64,000 nucleotides of DNA from Bdellovibrionota bacterium (GCA_044360195.1 JBIKKT010000014.1:919-64918), one strand, 5' to 3'; counted from the first letter of the stretch, positions 19,380 through 30,263 are shown. Program-made: numbers and translations. Notes: generated by a model not told the origin, from the sequence alone.

Positions 19380-20327
19380 ATGACCAAACCCGCTATTGAA
19401 GTATCGCACCTCAGCTATGAGTACCCAAACAAACGGGTCCTGGACGACGTCTCATTCTCTCTTACGCAAGGTGGTGTCACCGCCCTTGTTGGTCCAAACG
19501 GTGCCGGTAAGACTACGCTTCTGCGCCTCCTAGCAGCCCTTGACCTCCCTTATTCTGGCACGATCGCAATCGATGGGATCGACACCCAAGAATCACCGCG
19601 CGAATGTCACACGAAGATAGGCTACCTCTCTGATACATTTGGGCTCTACGATGACCTCACCGTGCGTCAGTGCCTAGAGCACGTCGCTTCAATGCACGGG
19701 ATGCGGAATAAGCTCTGTAGCGCTCGCATCGAAGAAGTAGCTAACACGGTGGGAATTACAAACCTCTTCGCTCAACGCGCCGGATCTCTTTCACGAGGCC
19801 AGCGACAACGCGTTGGTATCGCCCAGGCTCTCATTCACAAACCGAAGATAGTTATCCTTGATGAACCTGCAGCGGGCCTAGACCCCGAGGCCCGTCATGA
19901 ACTGTCAACTCTTGTACTCGCACTACGCGACAGTGGGTGCACGCTTCTCATATCATCGCACATCCTCGCTGAACTCGAAGATTACAGCGATGCGATGCTC
20001 ACCCTCAACAACGGCAAGATCTTGGGCCATGTACCCGTTGGCAAGGGCGTTACAGTCGGAGCCCGCAGACAGATACGTCTGCAGGTAGTTGGAGACCAAA
20101 CTAACGCGCTCACATTTTTGGCTGCACAACCAAACGTCACCAACACCACAGTCACTCCGAATGGCCTCATCGCAACTCTCTCTGACGGAGGCGATGAGGC
20201 GCAAGCTACCTTGATTAAACTTCTCATCACAAACAATATCCCCGTGCTCTCATTCTCTGAGTACCGAACTGGCATGCAGGATGTGTACCTATCGCAAGTC
20301 TCTGCTAGAGGAGCGCTCAAACCATGA
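19380..20327 (+). CDS. ABC transporter ATP-binding protein (ABC-2 type ATPase with a C-terminal extension)
   Basis: Walker A GPNGAGKTT, signature LSRGQRQRVGIAQAL, Walker B IVILDEPAAGLD and H-loop SSHIL are present. Confidence 0.9.
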   Translation: MTKPAIEVSHLSYEYPNKRVLDDVSFSLTQGGVTALVGPNGAGKTTLLRLLAALDLPYSGTIAIDGIDTQESPRECHTKIGYLSDTFGLYDDLTVRQCLEHVASMHGMRNKLCSARIEEVANTVGITNLFAQRAGSLSRGQRQRVGIAQALIHKPKIVILDEPAAGLDPEARHELSTLVLALRDSGCTLLISSHILAELEDYSDAMLTLNNGKILGHVPVGKGVTVGARRQIRLQVVGDQTNALTFLAAQPNVTNTTVTPNGLIATLSDGGDEAQATLIKLLITNNIPVLSFSEYRTGMQDVYLSQVSARGALKP

Positions 20328-21640
20328 ATCCCGAGATACGCAAAAATATCTTGCTTGAGTTAACAATCACGAGAGTTGCTACCCTGGTAGTCGCCTATGT
20401 GCTCGTGTTGACGATATTTTTCAACGCGAAAAACCCCCTTGAAGCCTTAGGCGACTTCGCCTCAGTAATGCTCGTTGTTTTTATGGCGCTCGGCCTCGTG
20501 AGATGCTCTAACACCGTTGCGACGGAGGTCCAAGACAACACGTGGGACTTTCAACGCATGTCCTCCGCGGGCGCATGGGAGTTGACGGTAGGCAAGCTCG
20601 TTGGGGCACCGATCTTTGCAACCTGTGGAGCTTCAATGGCTTTGGGCCTTCTGATGTGCCTCATGGTGGCACAGGGCACACCGCTTGACGTAGCCCTTAG
20701 ACTACTTCTTATACTTCCCTCAACGTATCTGTTTATCTGCGCAATCGGAGTGGGTCGTAGCCTCCTTTCCGCGCAAGAGATGCGTAGTCAGCGGCGTGTC
20801 AAATTTAACATCGGAGCCCTCGCGGTAATTTTATTGCTGGGGCCGTTACTCGGCCTAGCAATCGGCCTAGCAAAATTTATTCATCAGATCAGCACGACAT
20901 CGAGCGCCTCCCCAACTACTTCCATCACCTGGTGGGGCATGCAGTTCCTGGCACTTGATTTTATTACGCTCTCAGTTTTGCTCTTTACTGCATGGAGTAT
21001 ACTTGGCGCTTACCGACTGATGCGAGCTGAGCTGCAATTCAAGCAGCTGCCGATCGCTTGGATACTCTTTTGCTGTTTTCTGTGGCTATACATAACCCCT
21101 CTGTGGCCACTCCAGAACCCTGTAAAATACGCGACAGCTTACGATCTCTTGAACCTTCCAGGGCCACTTCTCTCCTGCATCCTGCTCTACCCCGAGCTTT
21201 GCTCTGGGTTCAAAGATATCGTCGCCTTGCGCCGATTCGTTACGGCTCTTTCACGTTACCAGGTAGCCGAGGCGTTCTCTCTCATGCCGCGCTGGATAAT
21301 CTCACTGCTCTTCTTTATAGCCGCGACCGCCTTGTCGATACTTTTCGCTCAGACCTCAAGCGGACAAGCACTCCTAGCCGCCTGGTGTCTTTTCGTTATC
21401 CGTGACGTAGCCGTTATTATGTCATTTCACATCAAGGCCCCGAACCACCGTCGAAACGGCATGGCCGCTCTCGTCTACTTTGTGTTTCTGTATGCTCTCG
21501 GGCCATTACTAGTCGCCATCGCACATGGATCTTTAGTAGGACTATTCTTCCCTATTGAGCCGACCTTCTCGCTTATAGGTTCTACTATCGGAGCTGCTGC
21601 AGCGCTTATACTGGTTATTCGCGCCTGGAAAGTGCAATAA
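20324..21640 (+). CDS. Polytopic membrane protein, presumed permease partner of the preceding ABC ATPase
   Basis: 438 aa with many hydrophobic helices. It overlaps the ATPase gene by 4 nt (ATGA). I recognise no family motif. Confidence 0.55.
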   Translation: MNPEIRKNILLELTITRVATLVVAYVLVLTIFFNAKNPLEALGDFASVMLVVFMALGLVRCSNTVATEVQDNTWDFQRMSSAGAWELTVGKLVGAPIFATCGASMALGLLMCLMVAQGTPLDVALRLLLILPSTYLFICAIGVGRSLLSAQEMRSQRRVKFNIGALAVILLLGPLLGLAIGLAKFIHQISTTSSASPTTSITWWGMQFLALDFITLSVLLFTAWSILGAYRLMRAELQFKQLPIAWILFCCFLWLYITPLWPLQNPVKYATAYDLLNLPGPLLSCILLYPELCSGFKDIVALRRFVTALSRYQVAEAFSLMPRWIISLLFFIAATALSILFAQTSSGQALLAAWCLFVIRDVAVIMSFHIKAPNHRRNGMAALVYFVFLYALGPLLVAIAHGSLVGLFFPIEPTFSLIGSTIGAAAALILVIRAWKVQ

Positions 21641-21951
21641 AATCGCTCAAATGCACAAGGTCTTCGCCCGTGCAACGCCTACCTACCATCAGGAAGTTAG
21701 CTAAGGAAAGTTGATATTTGATTTTTGGTGCGGGGAAAAACCGAACGTGTATCCGCGACTCGACTGAGACCTCGGCGCGAGCTCGGTCGAGCGCTCGCCG
21801 AAGTCTGAGATACATGGAGGATTTTTACGCGTGCCAAAATTCGAAGAGCAGCCCAACATCCGCTTTCGCAGCGGGGAGGGGTTTTGCCGCGCTTCCCTAA
21901 GGACCTTGCCTTGAGTAACAAAGCAAATACCTCTACTCTCACTGTTGTACC

Positions 21952-22806
21952 ATGAAAGGCACACTTCAAAATGCCCGCGATACCGCGGCAGGACTTAAAC
22001 TACCGCCCATCTCGGCGACGTTTGATGCAACGCAGGTTACCTCCCTGCTGCAGATGGTACCCGCTGCTACAAAAATGCCGAATGAAGCGAGGTACGCCCT
22101 CGACGCCCAAATAGCAGCAAGACTTGCGCCCCCTGCAATCGAGGATGAGACGCCCCTTAGCCCAGAGCATTCCCACGAACTTACCGCTACAAAGATAGCC
22201 CTGTCTCGAAGTCTTCGGTGGGAAGTTACGCGGCAGTTTAGCTCTCCAAACGACCTCGTTGAGCGTGCCCGATTTTTTAGCGACTTTGCCAAGATAATCC
22301 ACACCTTTGAAGGAGAATTTCGTGGCTCCTTCGCAGAGTTTGCAGTACAGGAGCTACTTGCTAACGCCCATGACAACTGGCTAATACAGCGGCACGCCTC
22401 AGAAGTCGCTACCCCTCGCGTATCAGCATCAGCAAGGAGAGATATCACTGGCTTTGAATTCGCTGTGACCGATTATACAGGGACAGTGCCCCCACCCATG
22501 AGACCATACCTCTTTGAACACCACTTCAATGGACGAGAGGTTCTTGAACAGCTAACTCCGGAAACGGCCTGGTTAGCTGGATGCCAAGAAGACTTCTGGC
22601 CACTACGACCGGGGCTCCCAAATGAGTTGGCAAAACGCTCCATCAAAGCCAACACTGGCCTACCTCTTATAGGTGGATGTGGTGCTGGTTTGGCAATCAC
22701 TCGAAAGCGCGCACTTGAGACCGGTTGCGGATATTTCTATCAAAATCTCGGGGGCGGTGGTTCAAAATTTGGAATTACTATCCCGTATTCCTTTAAACAG
22801 CCCTGA
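21952..22806 (+). CDS. Compact soluble histidine-kinase-like protein (DHp-like H-box plus a degenerate HATPase_c domain)
   Basis: H-box-like EHSHELTATKIAL, N-box QELLANAHDN, a degenerate G1 box (VTDYTGTV) and a G2 box GGCGAGLAITRKRALETG are present. The C-terminus ends GGGGSKFGITIPY. There is no TM or sensor domain and no adjacent response regulator. Confidence 0.45.
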   Translation: MKGTLQNARDTAAGLKLPPISATFDATQVTSLLQMVPAATKMPNEARYALDAQIAARLAPPAIEDETPLSPEHSHELTATKIALSRSLRWEVTRQFSSPNDLVERARFFSDFAKIIHTFEGEFRGSFAEFAVQELLANAHDNWLIQRHASEVATPRVSASARRDITGFEFAVTDYTGTVPPPMRPYLFEHHFNGREVLEQLTPETAWLAGCQEDFWPLRPGLPNELAKRSIKANTGLPLIGGCGAGLAITRKRALETGCGYFYQNLGGGGSKFGITIPYSFKQP

Positions 22807-22958
22807 TCAAACCCAAATGCCGTCTTTAGCCCGGCCTGTCTAGGAAGGCGAAGGAAATAACCGCGGGCTATAACAGGACAAACCGGCTCTAGGTTTAGAT
22901 AAAAGCCCAGCTCTACTTTTGAATTTACCCCGCATTTTGAGGTAAGCTTCCGATCGCC

Positions 22959-24053
22959 ATGTCGACCCTTACCACTAAGTGTGCTGCCGCAGCATCTATC
23001 CTGGCTCTTATCTCGCCTGCTAGCCCCGACCAGCCTGAAGCGCATTATTCAGACGACCCTACGCTTGCAACCGCCACTGGCTACATCAGGCGTGAAATGA
23101 ATGGCGTAGTCCTTCACGCCGTAAGCTGGAATGGAGTTCCAGGAGTTGAAACGGTACTGCGTGAGAACGGGCCACGCAGCCGAGGCTTCTGGAGAGACTG
23201 GCGTGAGTGGCGTGCAACCTGTCACGATGCGAGTCTTGAGACTCATGGAACCCGAGTTTGCGAGATCCTCCTGCATCACTTCGGGCCCTACGATAAGGCA
23301 ACAGCACAGGCCCTTTCTAGACGGCGAAAACTTGAAGAGAAAAAATCAGAGGTTGCACAGAGCTTAAACATCGCCTGTCCGCCTACCCTCCGCAGCGCTG
23401 CATGGGAGTACCTTGGGGGACCGGTAGCACCTTTACCCCTCATCCCGGCTGCTTCTCTCGTTGACTGCGAGTCTTTCGCGTTAAATCCTCCCGAGCCCAG
23501 CAACTCCACGTTGGAGGCGATACACGAGGCAACTATCCCTAACAGCGTACTCTCTCACGGAGAGCTCGTGTTACGCGCTCACATTGCGATGACTCCTGAA
23601 GTTACCTGGCCAAGGGCTACATCCTTAGACGAAGTTGCTATAAATATCCTTGCGAGGGCACGCCCTTTTGAAAACGCTATAGATGAAATCGATCGGGCGC
23701 TCGTCAACACCCCCCTTCCTCCGATTCCAGGCGAAGGCTCACTAGCGGATCCCGATCTCATACCGTACGGAAGGCTCATCTGTCGCCACCGTGCCGTTAT
23801 CGCCGCAATACCGCTCGCGTTAGCGGGATTCGATATTGAGCTTGTAAACGGCTCGCGCGAAGTAGGCGGAATTGTGGCACCACACCTATTTATCTACTGC
23901 CACGAGATAGGTGTCCTGGAGGCTAGCTCAAACGGTCCTGCTTTCTGGATGAAGCCAACTCGCTCATCAGGGAATCCCGCTTTGCCACTACTCGATATGG
24001 AAGATGGCTCTAGATATCGGTTTTATCACCGAACGAAGCTAGCAGGGCGGTGA
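22959..24053 (+). CDS. Hypothetical protein
   Basis: 364-aa ORF on the same strand as the preceding gene, with GAGGTAAG upstream. I recognise no motif. Confidence 0.45.
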   Translation: MSTLTTKCAAAASILALISPASPDQPEAHYSDDPTLATATGYIRREMNGVVLHAVSWNGVPGVETVLRENGPRSRGFWRDWREWRATCHDASLETHGTRVCEILLHHFGPYDKATAQALSRRRKLEEKKSEVAQSLNIACPPTLRSAAWEYLGGPVAPLPLIPAASLVDCESFALNPPEPSNSTLEAIHEATIPNSVLSHGELVLRAHIAMTPEVTWPRATSLDEVAINILARARPFENAIDEIDRALVNTPLPPIPGEGSLADPDLIPYGRLICRHRAVIAAIPLALAGFDIELVNGSREVGGIVAPHLFIYCHEIGVLEASSNGPAFWMKPTRSSGNPALPLLDMEDGSRYRFYHRTKLAGR

Positions 24054-24153
24054 CAACATCGTCCTGGTGCAGATTTTAAACTCTAGGCTTCCACCTTGGC
24101 TGCGGCTTCGCAAGAAAACTAAAACCCGATGGAGACCATCAACTTGCACCTTA

Positions 24154-24861
24154 CTATCGCGCTTGGCGCGACCTGCCCCGCCCCCAACGCTTTGGACGCG
24201 CCCCGCGCGGCCGATGCTTACTCAAGCGCTCGACTAATTCTCGTAGCGGCTTCTCAAGCAGCTCCTGCACATCGCTGCGCTTCTCTAAAACAGTTACCAC
24301 TTCTCCCACCGTTTCAACCGTTGAGAGACACCCCTTGCGAGGCTCCTTGCGAATGCGATCATAGAGCGAAGTGCGCGCCGGTCGAAGCACTAAGCGTTTT
24401 AATTTAAGAAGCCACGCATTGCGCCACCACAGGGTCTTTGCTTGACTCCACGTTCCATCAAGTAGGACAACACCTTCGAGTTCCTCCAAGGCTCCCGTTT
24501 GATCAGCCACAGGTGAGCCGTTTTTATCAACAACAAAGAGCGTACCCTGCTCAGGAAGCTCCTCAACGTGCACACTTCCTACATAGAGCACCCCCCACTT
24601 CTTATTCTCTGCAGCAAAGCCAAGTGCTTTATGAAGATTTGCCCACGAGAGGCCAGTCTTTACAATCGCCTGCGGAAAGCTCGCTGCTACTATCGGAACG
24701 GTACCGATATCGACTCCTGGCTCCTGTGGATGTTGCAGGATGAGCAGTTTTAGCGTTGTAGGTATCTGCGTGATGAACTCACACACGCAGTACCGTGGGG
24801 CTCGATTGCACTGCGGGCACGGCGTGTGCTCTATATTATTAGACGGATTCGGTGTGCTCAT
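24154..24861 (-). CDS. DTW domain protein (tRNA aminocarboxypropyltransferase family)
   Basis: An N-terminal Cys cluster CPQCNRAPRYCVC and the DTW motif LLDGTWSQAKTLWW are present. Its start lies 2 nt downstream of the uvrB stop. Confidence 0.8.
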   Translation of the reverse strand: MSTPNPSNNIEHTPCPQCNRAPRYCVCEFITQIPTTLKLLILQHPQEPGVDIGTVPIVAASFPQAIVKTGLSWANLHKALGFAAENKKWGVLYVGSVHVEELPEQGTLFVVDKNGSPVADQTGALEELEGVVLLDGTWSQAKTLWWRNAWLLKLKRLVLRPARTSLYDRIRKEPRKGCLSTVETVGEVVTVLEKRSDVQELLEKPLRELVERLSKHRPRGARPKRWGRGRSRQAR

Positions 24862-24863
24862 AA

Positions 24864-26903
24864 CTACTCCTTGAGTAACCTCTCCTGTATCGCTTTAATG
24901 CGATCTCTAAGTTCAGCTGCCCGCTCAAACTCCCTGCGCGCTGCGGCATCAAACATCTCTTTCTTTAGTGATTCAAGGAGGCGCTGCTGCTCACGCGGAT
25001 CGCTCGGTATTTCAACACCTGCAAGCGCCTGTGCCGCTACCTCTGCCTCATCGACCTGCTCTCCAAGCGCTATCTGATCAGCTCGTGTAGCGGAACGCGG
25101 GGTAATGTTATGCAGCTTGTTGTATTCAGCTTGTATTTTGCGCCGCCGCGTCGTTTCGGCTATCGCTTCCTTCATCGACTTCGTCTCACGGTCTGCGTAC
25201 AAGATAACGCGCCCGTTAATGTTACGGGCAGCGCGGCCCATAATCTGAATCAGTGACTTGGTCGAGCGCAAAAAGCCCTCTTTATCAGCATCCAGGATCG
25301 CTACAAGGCTTACCTCGACCAGATCTAACCCTTCGCGCAACAGGTTGATTCCAATTAACACATCAAAATCACCTCGGCGAAGCCCGCGCAGGATCTCAAC
25401 ACGCTCAATCGTGGTGATATCCGAGTGCAGATACCGCGCGCGCACGCCTATCTCTCGCAAATAGGCTGCCAGGTCTTCTGACATCTTCTTAGTGAGCGTG
25501 ATTGCAAGCACCCGCTCTCCCGCCGCCACCGTTTTGTGTATCTCAGTGATTAGATCATCAACTTGATGCGTTGCAGGCTTGATGGAAACCTCTGGGTCAA
25601 GAAGCCCCGTAGGACGATTGACCTGCTCTACGACGATTCCCTCACTGCGCTCAAGCTCAAAGTCAGCAGGCGTGGCTGACACAAAGATCGTCTGTCCAAC
25701 CCTCTCCCAGAACTCGTCTAGATTAAGTGGTCTGTTGTCGAGCGCTGAAGGGAGTCGAAATCCGAAATCTACTAAGGTCTGCTTGCGCGCTCTATCTCCA
25801 CGGTACATCCCTCCGAGCTGCGACACGGTTACATGGCTCTCATCAACAACGAGCAAGAAGTCTTCCGGGAAGTAATCAAGGAGCGTCGTTGGTGGTTCAC
25901 CTGCTGCTCGTCCTGCTAGGTGCCTACTGTAGTTCTCTATCCCGGGACAAAATCCGATCTCGTTTAGCAGCTCAAGATCGTACAGTGTACGCTGCTCAAG
26001 CCGTTGGCTCTCTAGCAGCTTTCCTTCACGAAGCAGCTCCATTGCGCGCTCCTTGAGCTCTGCTTTAATCGCAACCACGGCTCGATCAACTGCTTCACGC
26101 TCCGTCACGAAGTGGCTAACTGGATACACAGCGCACGAATCGAGCTTGCGCTCTGTTGTTCCCGTTAAGGGATCAATCTGACGAATCTCCTCGACCTCAT
26201 CTCCAAAAAATACGATACGTGTTGCCGCTGTGTCTTGGTCAGACGGAAAAATATCGACGTAATCACCTCGCACCCGGAACGTACCACGGGTAAATTCGAT
26301 ATCGGTGCGCTTGTACTGCATATACACGAGCTGGTGGATGACCTTATCACGCGCGATAACGTCTCCCTTCTCGACGTAGAGCATCAACTTAAAGTAATCT
26401 TCGGGTGCACCGAGGCCATAGATGCAACTTACGCTCGCTACAATTATCGTATCTCGAGATTCAAGCAGCGCCTTGGTTGCTGCGTGGCGCATCTTGTCGA
26501 TCTCTTCGTTGATGGCAGAGTCCTTCTCAATATAGGTGTCGGTAGAAGGAACGTATGCTTCGGGTTGGTAGTAGTCGTAGTAGCTTACAAAATACCTGAC
26601 GTTGTTTTCAGGAAAGAACTCAACGAACTCTCCATAGAGCTGCGCAGCTAAAGTCTTATTCGGCGCGATAACCAAAGTCGGACGGTTCTGCTTCGCTATA
26701 ACATTTGCAATCGTGTACGTCTTACCCGAGCCGGTGACGCCGAGCAGTGTCTGAAACGGAAGATTCTTACAGAGATTTTCATCCAGACTTGCAATCGCAC
26801 CCGGCTGATCTCCTGCAGGGGGAAACTTGGTTTGCAGCTTAAACGGAGCCGATATAGGCTCTGGTCGCGCTCCCTGGGGACGTTTATTACCGGAGGGGGC
26901 CAT
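24864..26903 (-). CDS. uvrB: Excinuclease ABC subunit B
   Basis: 679 aa. It has [23 protein letters not shown], helicase motifs throughout and a C-terminal UVR domain ([11 protein letters not shown]). Confidence 0.97.
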   Translation of the reverse strand: MAPSGNKRPQGARPEPISAPFKLQTKFPPAGDQPGAIASLDENLCKNLPFQTLLGVTGSGKTYTIANVIAKQNRPTLVIAPNKTLAAQLYGEFVEFFPENNVRYFVSYYDYYQPEAYVPSTDTYIEKDSAINEEIDKMRHAATKALLESRDTIIVASVSCIYGLGAPEDYFKLMLYVEKGDVIARDKVIHQLVYMQYKRTDIEFTRGTFRVRGDYVDIFPSDQDTAATRIVFFGDEVEEIRQIDPLTGTTERKLDSCAVYPVSHFVTEREAVDRAVVAIKAELKERAMELLREGKLLESQRLEQRTLYDLELLNEIGFCPGIENYSRHLAGRAAGEPPTTLLDYFPEDFLLVVDESHVTVSQLGGMYRGDRARKQTLVDFGFRLPSALDNRPLNLDEFWERVGQTIFVSATPADFELERSEGIVVEQVNRPTGLLDPEVSIKPATHQVDDLITEIHKTVAAGERVLAITLTKKMSEDLAAYLREIGVRARYLHSDITTIERVEILRGLRRGDFDVLIGINLLREGLDLVEVSLVAILDADKEGFLRSTKSLIQIMGRAARNINGRVILYADRETKSMKEAIAETTRRRKIQAEYNKLHNITPRSATRADQIALGEQVDEAEVAAQALAGVEIPSDPREQQRLLESLKKEMFDAAARREFERAAELRDRIKAIQERLLKE

Positions 26904-26929
26904 ACACTTCTATAGACTCACTACTACAC

Positions 26930-27997
26930 TCAGCTTCGCCGAGCTGCAGCGATGCGCTCCTTGGCTAACTCAACGGCGACCTCTTCAGTAAATTTACCGC
27001 GAGCCTTTGACTGATCGAGCACCTGACACGTGGTGTTGTAAATAAGCTCCACTTTCTCTTTGATCCAAGCCGTATTCGGACCACCCGGCGCTCGCTCTGC
27101 ACCCACGCAGATAACTCCACCGGAATTAACTGCAAAGTCAGGGCAGTAGAGGATCCCCTTCTTCTCAATATCGCCGTACACGGCACGGTCGCTCAGCTGA
27201 TTGTTGGCTGCGCCCACGATAATCTTCGAGCTCAATCTGGCGATAGTGCCAGGATTTACAGTCTGCCCGATGGCGCATGGCGAGAATATATCACTCGGCA
27301 CGTCGTATATCGCATCGGTAGCAACAACGGCTGCCCCGTACTTTGACGAAGCTTCTTTAAGGGCTGCGTCGTTTGTATCGCATACCGTAACAGTGGCGCC
27401 CTCTTTAACGAGAAACTCCAAGAGGTGCATCCCGACATGCCCCACCCCTTGAAGGGCAACACGTTTTCCACGCAGTACTGGCTCGTTTGCGAACACACGC
27501 TCTACCGCAGCCTTAGTTGCAAGGAAAACTCCACGCGCAGTCCACGGCGATGGATCTCCAGCACCACCCTTTGCTGGATCTGTACCAACCACAAAGTTGG
27601 TCTGCGACTTTATCCACATCATATCGCCCACGGAGGTGCCCATATCCTCCGCGGTGATGTATCGACCTGCGATGTGATTCAAACAGTCACCGAATTTCTT
27701 AAACAGCAGCTCTCGCCCCTGGGTGAGTTTGGGATCTGCAATGATACATGCTTTACCACCACCCAGAGGGAGGTGCGCTAGAGCACTTTTGTACGTCATC
27801 CCTTCAGAGAGACGGAGCACGTCTTCCAGTGCTTGCGACTCATCGTCGTACAGCCGCATACGACATCCACCCAAGCCTGGACCGAGCACCGTGTTGTGAA
27901 TAGCAACTATCGCCTTGAGGCCTACCTCTGGATAGTTGAAGAACACGACCTGCTCATGCCCTCGAGCTGCGCTATCGGAGAGAACGGTTGATGTCAT
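26930..27997 (-). CDS. Leu/Phe/Val-type amino-acid dehydrogenase (leucine dehydrogenase-like)
   Basis: GLKAIVAIHNTVLGPGLGGCRMRLY, MTYKSALAHLPLGGGKA and the Rossmann motif GVGHVG resemble Bacillus-type LeuDH. Confidence 0.85.
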   Translation of the reverse strand: MTSTVLSDSAARGHEQVVFFNYPEVGLKAIVAIHNTVLGPGLGGCRMRLYDDESQALEDVLRLSEGMTYKSALAHLPLGGGKACIIADPKLTQGRELLFKKFGDCLNHIAGRYITAEDMGTSVGDMMWIKSQTNFVVGTDPAKGGAGDPSPWTARGVFLATKAAVERVFANEPVLRGKRVALQGVGHVGMHLLEFLVKEGATVTVCDTNDAALKEASSKYGAAVVATDAIYDVPSDIFSPCAIGQTVNPGTIARLSSKIIVGAANNQLSDRAVYGDIEKKGILYCPDFAVNSGGVICVGAERAPGGPNTAWIKEKVELIYNTTCQVLDQSKARGKFTEEVAVELAKERIAAARRS

Positions 27998-28058
27998 AAA
28001 CGTCGCTCGTAGCCTCCTCTGCCCAAACTAACCAACGTTAGGGCAACCGAGGAAGACG

Positions 28059-28232
28059 TTAGTACTGCTTATGGGGATCGATTGCTGGGGTTGGCTGCAC
28101 CGATGGATCAACTTTACCAGCGGCAGGGGCCTCAATGCCGGCATACGTCCGCGGCTTGCGCTCGCATGCTACAACACACACAGCACACAACGCTGCCAGT
28201 ACTACCAACAAAACGCCTTGAAGATCTTTCAT
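28059..28232 (-). CDS. Small lipoprotein (57 aa), below the ORF-track length cutoff
   Basis: My own translation is MKDLQGVLLVVLAALCAVCVVAC-ERKPRTYAGIEAPAAGKVDPSVQPTPAIDPHKQY. It has a lipobox VVAC and a GGGGAG about 6 nt upstream of the ATG. The plus-strand ORF 28071-28274 is its shadow. Confidence 0.45.
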   Translation of the reverse strand: MKDLQGVLLVVLAALCAVCVVACERKPRTYAGIEAPAAGKVDPSVQPTPAIDPHKQY

Positions 28233-28255
28233 AGAAAACTCCCCGAAAATCAGAG

Positions 28256-28339
28256 TGCCCTGGAGAGGACTTGAACCTCCACACCCTTACGGACACATGA
28301 CCCTGAATCATGCCTGTCTACCAATTCCAGCACCAGGGC
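28256..28339 (-). tRNA. tRNA-Leu (anticodon CAG), class II with a long variable arm; CCA not encoded
   Basis: The reverse complement reads GCCCTGG TG CTGG AATTGGTAGAC AGG CATGA TTCAGGG TCATG TGTCCGTAAGGGTGT GGAGG TTCAAGT CCTCT CCAGGGC A. All four stems pair. Confidence 0.9.
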
Positions 28340-28742
28340 AAATGGTGAACTGATCCGACTGCATATACCATGTTTAGCCCGGCATTGAAACACCGGAAGA
28401 AGGGGCTAAATTCGGGGCTCATCTGCATGACTGGCATAAGCCCCGTTGACGCCTGCGCTCCTCACAGCACGCGAATCATGTCTTGCTCGGCAAACAACAT
28501 CTTCTGATCTTGAACATTTTGGTTAAATAACGCGGAGGGCACAGGACCCTAGTAGCCATGGATGCCTCACATGATTCCACACCTTGCCTCCTGGGCATTA
28601 AACTCATCCATCGTCATCTGTGTGCTCCGCGTTTTCCGCGCCTCCGCGATAATTAACCAAAAAAACTACTCCAGCCACCAACAATTGCTGAGGAGGACAA
28701 CAAAACAGCTACGCCAGACACCGACAACGTATGAGCGCGGAG

Positions 28743-30263
28743 CTACGAGAATACCACCCCCTGGGCAAGCGGCATCTCGTCGCCAAAGTTGATGGTTGAG
28801 GTCTGTCGCCTCATATACTGCTTCCAAGAATCAGAACCAGCCTCGCGCCCGCCACCGGTCTCCTTTTCACCACCAAAAGCTCCACCTATCTCTGCGCCGG
28901 AGGTTCCGATATTAACGTTAGCTATCCCGCAATCACTCCCGGAAGCTGACAGGAAACGCTCAGCTGCCTTAAGATCGCGCGTGAAGATGGCAGAACTCAA
29001 CCCCTGTGGGACGTCGTTGTTTAGTTCGATAGCCTCCTCAAGAGACGATACTGGCACCACGTAAAGAATAGGCGCAAAGGTCTCCTCTTGCAGAAGCGCC
29101 ATACCGCGCTTGGCCTTTACTATGGTCGGCTCAACGTAGAGGCCTGACGGCATCCCAGGCACTACTCCTCCACCACACACGACTTCACCGCCCTCACCCT
29201 TCACACGCGCAACTGCAGCGAGGTAGCTATCTACCGCCCCTTTGTGAATCAAGGGCCCCATCAAGGTCCCCTGCTGCAAGGGATTACCGATACGCACCTG
29301 CTTGTACGACGCGCTCAACGCTTTAATAAAATCATCGTATACGGCTGTATGCACGAGCGCTCGACGAATAGTTGTACACCGCTGCCCCGCTGTCCCCACT
29401 GCACCAAAGAGAACACCCCGCACAACGAGGTCCATATCTGCATCGGGAAGAACGACAACCGCGTTGTTTCCGCCAAGCTCCAGGATCGAGCGCCCCATGC
29501 GCCCGGCTACAGCCTGTGCGACCGACCGCCCCATTCGGCACGAACCCGTCGCAGAAACACACGGAATCCGAGTATCAAGCGCCATCCTCTTTCCAAGCTC
29601 AGGCCCATCTCCAACAACGAGCGAAAAGATCCCCTCAAACCCCCTACGCCGGGCGACATCTCTGCAGATTGAGTTCACGGCGACTGCTGTCAGCGGCGCA
29701 AGCTCAGAGGGCTTCCACACAACAACATCACCACACACCGCAGCTATCATGGAATTCCACGCCCACACGGCAGCAGGGAAGTTAAAAGCGGTTACTATCC
29801 CGATAATGCCGAGCGGATGCCACTGCTCGTACATCCGGTGGTTGCGCCGCTCGGAGTGCATCGTTTTACCGTACAGTTGGCGCGAAAGCCCAACAGCAAA
29901 ATCAGCAATATCGATCGCTTCCTGAATCTCACCCTCTCCTTCGCTTAGGATCTTTCCAACCTCAGCCGAGACCAACGCTCCGAGCTTTACTTTCGAGTCG
30001 CGCAAAGCCTCTGCTACTTCACGAATCAACTGTCCACGCTCTGGTGCTGGAACCTTACGCCATTCGGTAAAAACCTCTGCCGCTTCGCGTACAACGCGCT
30101 CATACCCTGCATCATCGGTGACAGAAACCTCACCGAGCAGTTGGCCGTCTACCGGTGACACAACGCGCAGCACGCGCTCGTGTCCAGCGACTTTGTAGAT
30201 CTCCCTGCCGTGTGTCCCAGAACACACACCTTTTAAACCAAGAGCTGCTGCGATTTCACTCAT
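28743..30263 (-). CDS. Aldehyde dehydrogenase, ALDH7-like (aminoadipate-semialdehyde / piperideine-6-carboxylate dehydrogenase type)
   Basis: VTAFNFPAAVWAWN, the catalytic-Glu motif ELGGNNA and the catalytic-Cys motif GTAGQRCTT are present. 506 aa. Confidence 0.85.
   Translation of the reverse strand: MSEIAAALGLKGVCSGTHGREIYKVAGHERVLRVVSPVDGQLLGEVSVTDDAGYERVVREAAEVFTEWRKVPAPERGQLIREVAEALRDSKVKLGALVSAEVGKILSEGEGEIQEAIDIADFAVGLSRQLYGKTMHSERRNHRMYEQWHPLGIIGIVTAFNFPAAVWAWNSMIAAVCGDVVVWKPSELAPLTAVAVNSICRDVARRRGFEGIFSLVVGDGPELGKRMALDTRIPCVSATGSCRMGRSVAQAVAGRMGRSILELGGNNAVVVLPDADMDLVVRGVLFGAVGTAGQRCTTIRRALVHTAVYDDFIKALSASYKQVRIGNPLQQGTLMGPLIHKGAVDSYLAAVARVKGEGGEVVCGGGVVPGMPSGLYVEPTIVKAKRGMALLQEETFAPILYVVPVSSLEEAIELNNDVPQGLSSAIFTRDLKAAERFLSASGSDCGIANVNIGTSGAEIGGAFGGEKETGGGREAGSDSWKQYMRRQTSTINFGDEMPLAQGVVFS

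Noticed and set aside
21966-22448. 160-aa minus-strand ORF opposite the kinase-like gene
   Set aside because: It has no motifs and a shadow-frame composition. The plus-strand frame carries the recognisable H/N/G2 boxes.
28071-28274. 67-aa plus-strand ORF
   Set aside because: It is the antisense shadow of the 57-aa lipoprotein gene, and its 3' end runs into tRNA-Leu.
29302-29925. 207-aa plus-strand ORF (and neighbouring ORFs) inside the aldehyde dehydrogenase gene
   Set aside because: These are antisense shadows of a well-supported ALDH gene, with Arg/Pro/Ser-rich composition.
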